From assembly GCF_009914755.1 (NCBI RefSeq), contig NC_060948.1: a stretch of DNA of 64,000 nt; one strand, written 5' to 3'. Shown here one piece after another: positions 13,168 to 26,514 of this stretch (the first letter of the stretch is position 1; each line of letters opens with the position of its first letter). The DNA is from the human T2T-CHM13v2.0 reference genome, Homo sapiens. The notes beneath the pieces were generated by a model. The model saw nothing but the letters and a program-made list of their open reading frames with translations. It did not search any database and was not told where the DNA came from. The translations under genes were made by a program, and so were the position numbers.

Positions 13168-16100
13168 GGCCTGGAATAAAGTGGAATGCTACGGTCTCGA
13201 ATGGAATAAAAATGTATGGAATGGAATGCAATGAAACGGAATCGAATGTCATAGAATGTAATGGAATGCAAAAAAATGGAATCCAAAATCATTGACTGGA
13301 AAGGCTGGGTGTCGAAAGGAATTGACTCCAATGGAATGGAATCGAATGGAATGGAAGTGAATAGAATCGAACTAAATCGAATGGAATGGAATTGATAGGA
13401 ACGGAATGGAAAGGAATGCAATGATTTGGCATGGAATGGAATCGAATGGCATCGAATGGAATGGAATGGAATGCAATGGAATGGAATGTATTAGAATGGA
13501 ATGAACTTTAATGGAATGTACTCGAATGGATTCGACTGGAATGGAATGTTCTGGAAGTGAATGGACTCCAATGGAATGGATTCAAAAGGAATGGAATCGT
13601 ACGGAATGGAATCTAATGGAATGGAATTAAATGGAAATGAATCAAATTGAATAGCACGGAATTGAATTGAATGGAATGGAATGCAATGCAATCTAATGAA
13701 ACGGAAAGGAAAGGAATGGAATGGAATGGAATGGGCTGGAATGGAAAGGAATCGAAACGAATGGAATGGAATCGAACTGAAGAGACTGGAATGGAATGCA
13801 CTGGAATGGAAGGGAGTGTAATGGAAGGTTCTCGAAAAAAATGGAATCGAATGGAATGGAATTGAATGGAACGGAATAGAGTCGAATGGAATTGAATGGA
13901 ATGGAATGGACTAGAGTGAAATGGAATCGAACCACAAGGAATGGACAGGAATAGAATGGTCTCGAATTGAATGGAATCGTATGGAATGGCATCAAACGGA
14001 ATGGAATGGACAGCCACGGAATGGAATGCACTCGAATGCAATGAAGTCGAAACTAACGGACTGGAATAGAATGGACTCGACTGGTACGGACTCCAATGGA
14101 ATGGAATCGAATGGAAGGGAATCGAACGGAAGGGAATCGAACGGAATGGACTCGAAGGGAAAAGACTGCAATGGAAAGGTCTCGAATGGAATGGAAATTA
14201 ATGGAATGGAATGGAATCGAATGAAATGGAGTCAAAAGGAATGGAATCGAATGGCAAGAAATCGAATGTAATGGAATCGCAAGGAATTGATGTGAACGGA
14301 ACGGAATGGAATGGAATCCAAAGGAATGGAATAGAATGGAATGGAATCGAATGGAAAGGACTCGAATGGAAATCACTCGAATAGAATGCAATTTAATAAA
14401 ATAGGATCAAATGTAATGGAATGGAATGGAAAGGAATCGAAACGAAAGGAATGGAGACAGATGGAATGGAATGGAACAGAGAGCAATGGTATAGAATGGA
14501 ATGGAATCATCTGGAATGGAATTGAATGGAATGGAATAATATGAAATGGAATGGAATGGAATGGAATGGAATGCCCTTGAATTAAATGGACTGGAATGGA
14601 ATGGACTCAAACAGAGTGGAATGGAAAGTGTGGAGATAGAATGGAATGAACTCCTTTGGAACGGACTAGTAGGCAATGCAATCGACTGGCAGGGAATCAA
14701 AAGGAATGTAATCGAATGGATTGGACTGGAATGCAATGGACTCGAATAGATTGGAAACGGAATGCAAAGAATGGAATGGAATAGTATGGAATGGAATGGA
14801 AAGGAATGGAGTGGAATAGACTAGAGTGGAATGGAATGGACTGGAAAGCAATGGACTGGAATGGAACTTTCTTGAATGGACTGGAATCAAACGGAATGGA
14901 ATGCAATGCAATCAAATGGCATGGAATAAAATAGAATGAAAGAGAATCAAATGGAATTGAATCGAATGGAATCGAATGGATTGGAAAGGAATAGAATGGA
15001 ATGGAATGGAATGGACTCAAATGGAATGGACTAGAATGGAATGGATTCGAATGGAAGGCAAAGGAATGGAATCTATTGGAATGGACTGTAATGGAATGGA
15101 ATGGAAGGGATTGGAATGGACTCGAATGGAATGGACTGCAATAGAAAGGATTCGAATGGAATGAAAAAGAATTGAATGGAATAGAACAGAATGGAATCAA
15201 ATCGAATGAAATGGAATGGAATAGAAAGGAATGGAATGAAATGGAATGGAAAGGATTCGAATGGAATGCAATCGAATGGAATGGAATCGAACGGAATGGA
15301 ATAAAATGGAAGAAAACTGGCAAGAAATGGAATCGAAATGAATGGAGTGTTATGGAACGGACTCAAAAGGAATTGAATGTAATAGAATGGAGTGGAGTGG
15401 ACTCGAATATAATGGACTGGAATGGAATGAAATCACATGGAATGGGAACGAATGGAATGGAATGGAAAGGAATGGAATCGAATGGAAAGGAATCGAATGG
15501 AAGGGAATGAAATTGAATCAACAGGAATGGAAGGGAATAGAATAGACGGTAATGGAATGGACTCGAATAGAATGGACACGAATGCTCAAATTAAATGGAC
15601 TCGAATGGAATGGAAACGAAAGGAATGTCATCGAATGGAATTGAATCGATTGGAATGAAATCGCATAGAATGGAGTGGAATCAAATGGAATTGAATCGAA
15701 AGGAAAGGAAGCGAATGGACTGAAATGAAATGGAATGGAATTGAATGGAAAGTAACGCAATGGAATAGAATGGAACGAAATTTCACGGAATGGAATCAAA
15801 CTGAATGGAATCAAATCAATGGAATCAAATCAAATGGAATGGAAAGGAATTGAATGGAGTAGATGGGATTGGATGGGATTGGAATGAAATGTACTGGAAA
15901 GGACTCGAATTTCATGAAACGGAATGGAATGAATTGGAAAGGAATGGACTCGAATGGAATGGAATGTCATGGGATGGCATCAAATGGAATGGCATCAAAT
16001 GGAATGGAATCGAATGCAATGGAATGCTATGGAATGGAATGGAATGCATTGGAATGGAATGTCCTCTAATGGAATGGATTCGAGTGGAATGGAATTGAAT

Positions 16101-16745
16101 ATAATGGAGTCGAATGAAATGGAATTGAAAGGAATGGGATCGAATACAATGGAATATACTGGAATGTAACGTAATGAACTCGAATGTAATTGACTGGAAT
16201 GGAATGTACATGAATGGAATGTAATCGAATGGAAAGTAATCCAATGGAATAGAATCTAATGCAATAAAATCGACTCAGATAGAGTAGAATGTAATGGAAT
16301 GGAGTGCAGTGCAATGGAATGGAATGGAATGGAATGCAATGGAATGGAATGGAATGGAATGGAATGGAATGGAATGGAATGGGATGGAATGGTATGGAAT
16401 GGATAGTAATGGACTGGAGTGAAATGGACTGGAAAGGAATGGACTCAAATTGAAAGGTCTCGAAAGGAATGGAGTCAAATGGAATGGTCTGGAATGGAAT
16501 GAACACGAATGTAATGCAACCCAATAGAATGGAATCGAATGGCATGGAATATAAAGAAATGGAATCGAAGAGAATGGAAACAAATGGAATGGAATTGAAT
16601 GGAATGGAATTGAATGGAATGGGAACGAATGGAGTGAAATTGTATGCAGTAGAAGAGAATAGAATGGAATGCAAGCGAAAGGAAAGGAATGGATTGGAAT
16701 GGAATGGAATTCATTGGAATGGAAGGGAATGTAGTGTAATGGACA
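13168..16745. repeat. DYZ1 monomer 4 (3578 bp)
   Basis: GGCC-to-GGCC interval; matches monomers 2 and 3 up to ~16130, then switches to a different variant set. Confidence 0.9.
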
Positions 16746-19700
16746 GGCCTGGAATAAAGTGGAATGCTACGGTCTCGAATGGAATAAAAATGTATGGAAT
16801 GGAATGCAATGAAACGGAATCGAATGTCATAGAATGTAATGGAATGCAAAAAAATGGAATCCAAAATCATTGACTGGAAAGGCTGGGTGTCGAAAGGAAT
16901 TGACTCCAATGGAATGGAATCGAATGGAATGGAAGTGAATAGAATCGAACTAAATCGAATGGAATGGAATTGATAGGAACGGAATGGAAAGGAATGCAAT
17001 GATTTGGCATGGAATGGAATCGAATGGCATCGAATGGAATGGAATGGAATGCAATGGAATGGAATGTATTAGAATGGAATGAACTTTAATGGAATGTACT
17101 CGAATGGATTCGACTGGAATGGAATGTTCTGGAAGTGAATGGACTCCAATGGAATGGATTCAAAAGGAATGGAATCGTACGGAATGGAATCTAATGGAAT
17201 GGAATTAAATGGAAATGAATCAAATTGAATAGCACGGAATTGAATTGAATGGAATGGAATGCAAGGGAATCTAATGAAACGGAAAGGAAAGGAATGGAAT
17301 GGAATGGAATGGGCTGGAATGGAAAGGAATCGAAACGAATGGAATGGAATCGAACTGAAGAGACTGGAATGGAATGCACTGGAATGGAAGGGAGTGTAAT
17401 GGAAGGTTCTCGAAAAAAATGGAATCGAATGGAATGGAATTGAATGGAACGGAATAGAGTCGAATGGAATTGAATGGAATGGAATGGACTAGAGTGAAAT
17501 GGAATCGAACCACAAGGAATGGACAGGAATAGAATGGTCTCGAATTGAATGGAATCGTATGGAATGGCATCAAACGGAATGGAATGGACAGCCACGGAAT
17601 GGAATGCACTCGAATGCAATGGAGTCGAAACTAATGGACTGGAATAGAATGGACTCGACTGGTACGGACTCCAATGGAATGGAATCGAATGGAAGGGAAT
17701 CGAACGGAAGGGAATCGAACGGAATGGACTCGAAGGGAAAAGACTGCAATGGAAAGGTCTCGAATGGAATGGAAATTAATGGAATGGAATGGCATCGAAT
17801 GAAATGGAGTCAAAAGGAATGGAATCGAATGGCAAGAAATGGAATGTAATGGAATCGCCAGGAATTGATGTGAACGGAGCGGAATGGAATGGAATCCAAA
17901 GGAATGGAATAGAATGGAATGGAATCGAATGGAAAGGACTCGAATGGAAATCACTCGAATAGAATGCAATTTAATAAAATAGGATCAAATGTAATGGAAT
18001 GGAATGGAAAGGAATCGAAACGAAAGGAATGGAGACAGATGGAATGGAATGGAACAGAGAGCAATGGTATAGAATGGAATGGAATCATCTGGAATGGAAT
18101 TGAATGGAATGGAATGGAATGCCCTTGAATTAAATGGACTGGAATGGAATGGACTCAAACAGAGTGGAATGGAAAGTGTTGAGATAGAATGGAATGAACT
18201 CCTTTGGAATGGTCTAGTAGGCAATGCAATCGACTGGCAGGGAATCAAAAGGAATGTAATCGAATGGATTGGACTGGAATGCAATGGACTCGAATAGATT
18301 GGAAACGGAATGCAAAGGAATGGAATGGAATAGTATGGAATGGAATGGAAAGGAATGGAGTGGAATAGACTAGAGTGGAATGGAATGGACTGGAAAGCAA
18401 TGGACTGGAATGGAACTTTCTTGAATGGACTGGAATCAAACGGAATGGAATGCAATGCAATCAAATGGCATGGAATAAAATAGAATGAAAGAGAATCAAA
18501 TGGAATTGAATCGAATGGAATCGAATGGATTGGAAAGGAACAGAACGGAATGGAATGGAATTGACTCAAATGGAATGGACTAGAATGGAATGGATTCGAA
18601 TGGAAGACAAAGGAATGGAATCTGTTGGAATGGACTGTAATGGAATGGAATGGAAGGGATTGGAATGGACTCGAATGGAATGGACTGCAATAGAAAGGAT
18701 TCGAATGGAATGAAAAAGAATTGAATGGAATAGAACAGAATGGAATCAAATCGAATGAAATGGAATGGAATAGAAAGGAATGGAATGAAATGGAATGAAA
18801 AGGATTCCAATGGAATGCAGTCGAATGGAATGGAATCGAACGGAATGGAATAAAATGGAAGAAAACTGGCAATAAATGGAATCGAAATGAATGGAGTGTT
18901 ATGGAACGGACTCAAAAGGAATTGAATGTAATAGAATGGAGTGGAGTGGACTCGAATATAATGGACTGGAATGGAATGAAATCACATGGAATGGGAACGA
19001 ATGGAATGGAATGGAAAGGAATGGAATCGAATGGAAAGGAATCGAATGGAGGGAATGAAATTGAATCAACAGGAATGGAAGGGAATAGAATAGACGGTAA
19101 TGGAATGGACTCGAATAGAATGGACACGAATGCTCAAATTGAATGGACTCGAATGGAATGGAAACGAAAGGAATGTCATCGAATGGAATTGAATCGATTG
19201 GAATGAAATCGCATAGAATGGAGTGGAATCAAATGGAATTGAATCGAAAGGAAAGGAAGCGAATGGACTGAAATGAAATGGAATGGAATTGAATGGAAAG
19301 TAATGCAATGGAATAGAATGGAACGAAATTTCACGGAATGGAATCAAACTGAATGGAATCAAATCAATGGAATCAAATCAAATGGAATGGAAAGGAATTG
19401 AATGGAGTAGATTGGATTGGATGGGATTGGAATGAAATGTACTGGAAAGGACTCGAATTTCATGAAACGGAATGGAATGAATTGGAACGGAATGGACTCG
19501 AATGGAATGGAATGTCATGGGATGGCATCAAATGGAATGGCATCAAATGGAATGGAATCGAATGCAATGGAATGCTATGGAATGGAATGGAATGCATTGG
19601 AATGGAATGTCCTCTAATGGAATGGATTCGAGTGGAATGGAATTGAATATAATGGAGTCGAATGAAATGGAATTGAAAAGAATGGGATCGAATACAATGG

Positions 19701-20258
19701 AATATACTGGAATGTAACGTAATGAACTCGAATGTAATTGACTGGAATGGAATGTACATGAATGGAATGTAATCGAATGGAAAGTAATCCAATGGAATAG
19801 AATCTAATGCAATAAAATCGACTCAGATAGAGTAGAATGTAATGGAATGGAGTGTTGTGCAATGGAATGGAATGGAATGGAATGCAATGGAATGGAATGG
19901 AATGGAATGGGATGGAATGGTATGGAATGGATAGTAATGGACTGGAGTGAAATGGACTGGAAAGGAATGGACTCAAATTGAAAGGGCACGAAAGGAATGG
20001 AGTCAAATGGAATGGTCTGGAATGGAATGAACACGAATGTAATGCAACCCAATAGAATGGAATCGAATGGCATGGAATATAAAGAAATGGAATCGAAGAG
20101 AATGGAAACAAATGGAATGGAATTGAATGGAATGTGAACGAATGGAGTGAAATTGTATGCAGTAGAAGAGAATAGAATGGAATGCAAGCGAAAGGAAAGG
20201 AATGGATTGGAATGGAATGGAATTCATTGGAATGGAAGGGAATGTAGTGTAATGGACA
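16746..20258. repeat. DYZ1 monomer 5 (3513 bp)
   Basis: GGCC-to-GGCC interval; same length and shared private variants with monomer 1. Confidence 0.9.
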
Positions 20259-23200
20259 GGCCTGGAATAAAGTGGAATGCTACGGTCTCGAATGGAATAA
20301 AAATGTATGGAATGGAATGCAATGAAACGGAATCGAATGTCATAGAATGTAATGGAATGCAAAAAAATGGAATCCAAAATCATTGACTGGAAAGGCTGGG
20401 TGTCGAAAGGAATTGACTCCAATGGAATGGAATCGAATGGAATGGAAGTGAATAGAATCGAACTAAATCGAATGGAATGGAATTGATAGGAACGGAATGG
20501 AAAGGAATGCAATGATTTGGCATGGAATGGAATCGAATGGCATCGAATGGAATGGAATGGAATGCAATGGAATGGAATGTATTAGAATGGAATGAACTTT
20601 AATGGAATGTACTCGAATGGATTCGACTGGAATGGAATGTTCTGGAAGTGAATGGACTCCAATGGAATGGATTCAAAAGGAATGGAATCGTACGGAATGG
20701 AATCTAATGGAATGGAATTAAATGGAAATGAATCAAATTGAATAGCACGGAATTGAATTGAATGGAATGGAATGCAAGGGAATCTAATGAAACGGAAAGG
20801 AAAGGAATGGAATGGAATGGAATGGGCTGGAATGGAAAGGAATCGAAACGAATGGAATGGAATCGAACTGAAGAGACTGGAATGGAATGCACTGGAATGG
20901 AAGGGAGTGTAATGGAAGGTTCTCGAAAAAAATGGAATCGAATGGAATGCAATTGAATGGAACGGAGTAGAGCCGAATGCAATTGAATGGAATGGAATGG
21001 ACTAGAGTGAAATGGAATCGAACCACAAGGAATGGACAGGAATAGAATGGTCTCGAATTGAATGGAATCGTATGGAATGGCATCAAACGGAATGGAATGG
21101 ACAGCCACGGAATGGAATGCACTCGAATGCAATGGAGTCGAATCTAATGGACTGGAATAGAATGGACTCGACTGGTACGGACTCCAATGGAATGGAATCG
21201 AATGGAAGGGAATCGAACGGAAGGGAATCGAATGGAATGGACTCGAAGGGAAAAGACTGTAATGGAAAGGTCTCGAATGGAATGGAAATTAATGGAATGG
21301 AATGGAATCGAATGAAATGGAGGCAAAAGGAATGGAATCGAATGGCAAGAAATCGAATGTAATGGAATCGCAAGGAATTGATGTGAACGGAACGGAATGG
21401 AATGGAATCCAAAGGAATGGAATAGAATGGAATGGAATCGAATGGAAAGGACTCGAATGGAAATCACTCGAATAGAATGCAATTTAATAAAATAGGATCA
21501 AATGTAATGGAATGGAATGGAAAGGAATCGAAACGAAAGGAATGGAGACAGATGGAATGGAATGGAACAGAGAGCAATGGTATAGAACGGAATGGAATCA
21601 TCTGGAATGGAATTGAATGGAATGGAATAATATGAAATGGAAAGGAATGAAATGGAATGCCCTTGAATTAAATGGACTACAATGGGAATGGACTCGAACA
21701 GAGTGGAATGGAAAGTGTTGAAATAGAATGGAATTGACTCGTTTGGAATGGTCTAGTATGCAATGCAATCGACTGGCAGGGAATCAAAAGGAATGTAATC
21801 GAGTGGATTGGACTGGAATGCAATGGACTCGAATAGATTGGAAACGGAATGCAAAGGAATGGAATGGAATAGTATGGAATGGAATGGAAAGGAATGGAGT
21901 GGAATAGACTAGAGTGGAATGGAATGGACTCGAAAGCAATGGACTGGAATGGAACTTTCTTGAATGGACTGGAACCAAACGGAATGGAATGCAATGCAAT
22001 CAAATGGCATGGAATAAGATAGAATGAAAGAGAATCAAATGGAATTGAATCGAATGGAATCGAATGGATTGGAAAGGAATAGAATGGAATGGAATGGAAT
22101 TGACTCAAATGGAATGGACTAGAATGGAATGGATTCGAATGGAAGGCAAAGGAATGGAATCTATCGGAATGCACTGTAATGGAATGGAATGGAAGGGATT
22201 GGAATGGATTCGAATGGAATGGACTGCAATAGAAAGGATTCGAATGGAATGAAAAAGAATTGAATGGAATAGAACAGAATGGAATCAAATCGAATGAAAT
22301 GGAATGGAATAGAAAGGAATGGAATGAAATGGAATGGAAAGGATTCGAATGGAATGCAATCGAATGGAATGGAATCGAACGGAATGGAATAAAATGGAAG
22401 AAAACTGGCAAGAAATGGAATCGAAATGAATGGAATGTTTTGGAACGGACTCAAAAGGAATTGAATGTAATAGAATGGAGTGGAGTGGACTCGAATATAA
22501 TGGACTGGAATGGAATGAAATCACATGGAATGGGAACGAATGGAATGGAATGGAAAGGAATGGAATCGAATGGAAAGCAATCGAATGGAAGGGAATGAAA
22601 TTGAATCAACAGGAATGGAAGGGAATAGAATAGACGGTAATGGAATGGACTCGAATAGAATGGACACGAATGCTCAAATTGAATGGACTCGAATGGAATG
22701 GAAACGAAAGGAATGTCATCGAATGGAATTGAATCGATTGGAATGAAATCGCATAGAATGGAGTGGAATCAAATGGAATTGAATCGAAAGAAAAGGAAGC
22801 GAATGGACTGAAATGAAATGGAATGGAATTGAATGGAAAGTAACGCAATGGAATACAATGGAACGAAATTTCACGGAATGGAATCAAACTGAATGGAATC
22901 AAATCAATGGAATCTAATCAAATGGAATGGAAAGGAATTGAATGGAGTAGATTGGATTGGATGGGATTGGAATGAAATGTACTGGAAAGGACTCGAATTT
23001 CATGAAACGGAATGGAATGAATTGGAACGGAATGGACTCGAATGGAATGGAATGTCATGGAATGGTATCAAATGGAATGCCATCAAATGGAATGGAATCG
23101 AATGCAATGGAATGTTATGGAATGGAATGGAATGCATTGGAATGGAGTGTCCTCTAATGGAATGGATTCGAGTGGAATGGAATCGAATATAATGGAGTCG

Positions 23201-23838
23201 AATGAAATGGAATTGAAAGGAATGGGATCGAATAGAATGGAATATACTGGAATGTAATGTAATGAACTCGAATGTAATTGACTGGAATGGAATGTACATG
23301 AATGGAATGTAATCGAATGGAAAGTAATCCAATGGAATAGAATCTAATGCAATAAAACCGACTCAGATAGAGTAGAATGTAATGGAATGGAGTGCAGTGC
23401 AATGAAATGGAATGGAATTGAATGCAATGGAATGGAATGGAATGGAATGGAATGGAATGGAATGGAATGGAATTGGATGGAATGGTATGGAATGGATAGT
23501 AATGGACTGGAGTGAAATGGACTGGAAAGGAATGGACTCAAATTGAAAGGTCTCGAAAGGAATGGAGTCAAATGGAATGGTCTGGAATGGAATGAACACG
23601 AATGTAATGCAATCCAATAGAATGGAATCGAATGGCATGGAATATAAAGAAATGGAATCGAAGAGAATGGAAACAAATGGAATGGAATTGAATGGAATGG
23701 AATTGAATGGAATGGGAACGAATGGAGTGAAATTGTATGCAGTAGAAGGGAATAGAATGGAATGCAAGCGAAAGGAAAGGAATGGATTGGAATGGAATGG
23801 AATTCATTGGAATGGAAGGGAATGTAGTGTAATGGACA
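20259..23838. repeat. DYZ1 monomer 6 (3580 bp, divergent subtype)
   Basis: GGCC-to-GGCC interval; many private variants (GTAGAGCCG, GGACTACAATGGGA, CTATCGGAATGCAC). Confidence 0.9.
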
Positions 23839-26514
23839 GGCCTGGAATAAAGTGGAATGCTACGGTCTCGAATGGAATAAAAATGTATGGAATGGAATGC
23901 AATGAAACGGAATCGAATGTCATAGAATGTAATGGAATGCAAAAAAATGGAATCCAAAATCATTGACTGGAAAGGCTGGGTGTCGAAAGGAATTGACTCC
24001 AATGGAATGGAATCGAATGGAATGGAAGTGAATAGAATCGAACTAAATCGAATGGAATGGAATTGATAGGAACGGAATGGAAAGGAATGCAATGATTTGG
24101 CATGGAATGGAATCGAATGGCATCGAATGGAATGGAATGGAATGCAATGGAATGGAATGTATTAGAATGGAATGAACTTTAATGGAATGTACTCGAATGG
24201 ATTCGACTGGAATGGAATGTTCTGGAAGTGAATGGACTCCAATGGAATGGATTCAAAAGGAATGGAATCGTACGGAATGGAATCTAATGGAATGGAATTA
24301 AATGGAAATGAATCAAATTGAATAGCACGGAATTGAATTGAATGGAATGGAATGCAATGGAATCTAATGAAACGGAAAGGAAAGGAATGGAATGGAATGG
24401 AATGGAATGGGCTGGAATGGAAAGGAATCGAAACGAATGGAATGGAATCGAACTGAAGAGACTGGAATGGAATGCACTGGAATGGAAGGGAGTGTAATGG
24501 AAGGTTCTCGAAAAAAATGGAATCGAATGGAATGGAATTGAATGGAACGGAATAGAGTCGAATGGAATTGAATGGAATGGAATGGACTAGAGTGAAATGG
24601 AATCGAACCACAAGGAATGGACAGGAATAGAATGGTCTCGAATTGAATGGAATCGTATGGAATGGCATCAAACGGAATGGAATGGACAGCCACGGAATGG
24701 AATGCACTCGAATGCAATGGAGTCGAAACTAACGGACTGGAATAGAATGGACTCGATTGGTACGGACTCCAATGGAATGGAATCGAATGGAAGGGAATCG
24801 AACGGAAGGGAATCGAACGGAATGGACTCGAAGGGAAAAGACTGCAATGGAAAGGTCTCGAATGGAATGGAAATTAATGGAATGGAATGGAATCGAATGA
24901 AATGGAGTCAAAAGGAATGGAATCGAATGGCAAGAAATCGAATGTAATGGAATCGCAAGGAATTGATGTGAACGGAACGGAATGGAATGGAATCCAAAGG
25001 AATGGAATAGAATGGAATGGAATCGAATGGAAAGGACTCGAATGGAAATCACTCGAATAGAATGCAATTTAATAAAATAGGATCAAATGTAATAGAATGG
25101 AATGGAAAGGAATCGAAACGGAAGGAATGGAGACAGATGGAATGGAATGGAACAGAGAGCAATGGTATAGAATGGAATGGAATCATCTGGAATGGAATTG
25201 AATGGAATGGAATAATATGAAATGGAATGGAATGGAATGGAATGGAATGCCCTTGAATTAAATGGACTGGACTCGAACAGAGTGGAATGGAAAGTGTTGA
25301 GATAGATTGGAATGGACTCCTTTGGAATGGTCTAGTATGCAATGCAATCGACTGGCAGGGAATCAAAAGGAATGTAATCGAATGGATTGGACTGGAATGC
25401 AATGGACTCGAATAGATTGGAAACGGAATGCAAAGGAATGGAATGGAATAGTATGGAATGCAATGGAAGGGAATGGAGTGGAATAGACTAGAGTGGAATG
25501 GAATGGACTGGAAAGCAATGGACTGGAATGGAACTTTCTTGGATGGATGGGAATCAAACGGAATGGAATGCAATGCAATCAAATGGCATGGAATAAAATA
25601 GAATGAAAGAGAATCAAATGGAATTGAATCGAATGGAATCGAATGGATTGGAAAGGAATAGAATGGAATGGAATGGAATTGACTCAAATGGAATGGACTA
25701 GAATGGAATGGATTCGAATGGAATGGAATGTCATGGAATGGCATCAAATGGAATGGCATCAAATGGAATGGAATCGAATGCAATGGAATGCTATGGAATG
25801 GAATGGAATGCATTGGAATGGAATGTCCTCTAATGGAATGGATTCGAGTGGAATGGAATTGAATATAATGGAGTCGAATGAAATGGAATTGAAAGGAATG
25901 GGATCGAATACAATGTAATATACTGGAATGTAACGTAATGAACTCGAATGTAATTGACTGGAATGGAATGTACATGAATGGAATGTAATCGAATGGAAAG
26001 TAATCCAATGGAATAGAATCTAATGCAATAAAATCGACTCAGATAGAGTAGAATGTAATGGAATGGAGTGCAGTGCAATGGAATGGAATGGAATGGAATG
26101 CAATGGAATGGAATGGAATGGAATGGAATGGAATGGAATGGAATGGAATGGGATGGAATGGTATGGAATGGATAGTAATGGACTGGAGTGAAATGGACTG
26201 GAAAGGAATGGACTCAAATTGAAAGGGCTCGAAAGGAATGGAGTCAAATGGAATGGTCTGGAATGGAATGAACACGAATGTAATGCAATCCAATAGAATG
26301 GAATCGAATGGCATGGAATATAAAGAAATGGAATCGAAGAGAATGGAAACAAATGGAATGGAATTGAATGGAATGGAATTGAATGGAATGTGAACGAATG
26401 GAGTGAAATTGTATGCAGTAGAAGAGAATAGAATGGAATGCAAGCGAAAGGAAAGGAATGGATTGGAATGGAATGGAATTCATTGGAATGGAAGGGAATG
26501 TAGTGTAATGGACA
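23839..26514. repeat. DYZ1 monomer 7, internally deleted (2676 bp; ~903 bp missing)
   Basis: At 25714-25723, GGATTCGAATGGAA is joined directly to TGGAATGTCATGG. These landmarks are 903 bp apart in an intact monomer (34629 vs 35532). Confidence 0.92.

Noticed and set aside
22910-22920. DUX4-like motif gAATCTAATCA (also ~29166; gAATCCAATCA at ~32715 and ~46124)
   Set aside because: Lacks the leading T of the TAA half-site, occurs in only a few monomers and is one substitution from the common GAATCAAATCA.
25049-26008. Longest ORF (319 aa), created across the 903-bp deletion junction
   Set aside because: Chance fusion of two satellite reading frames; no coding signature.
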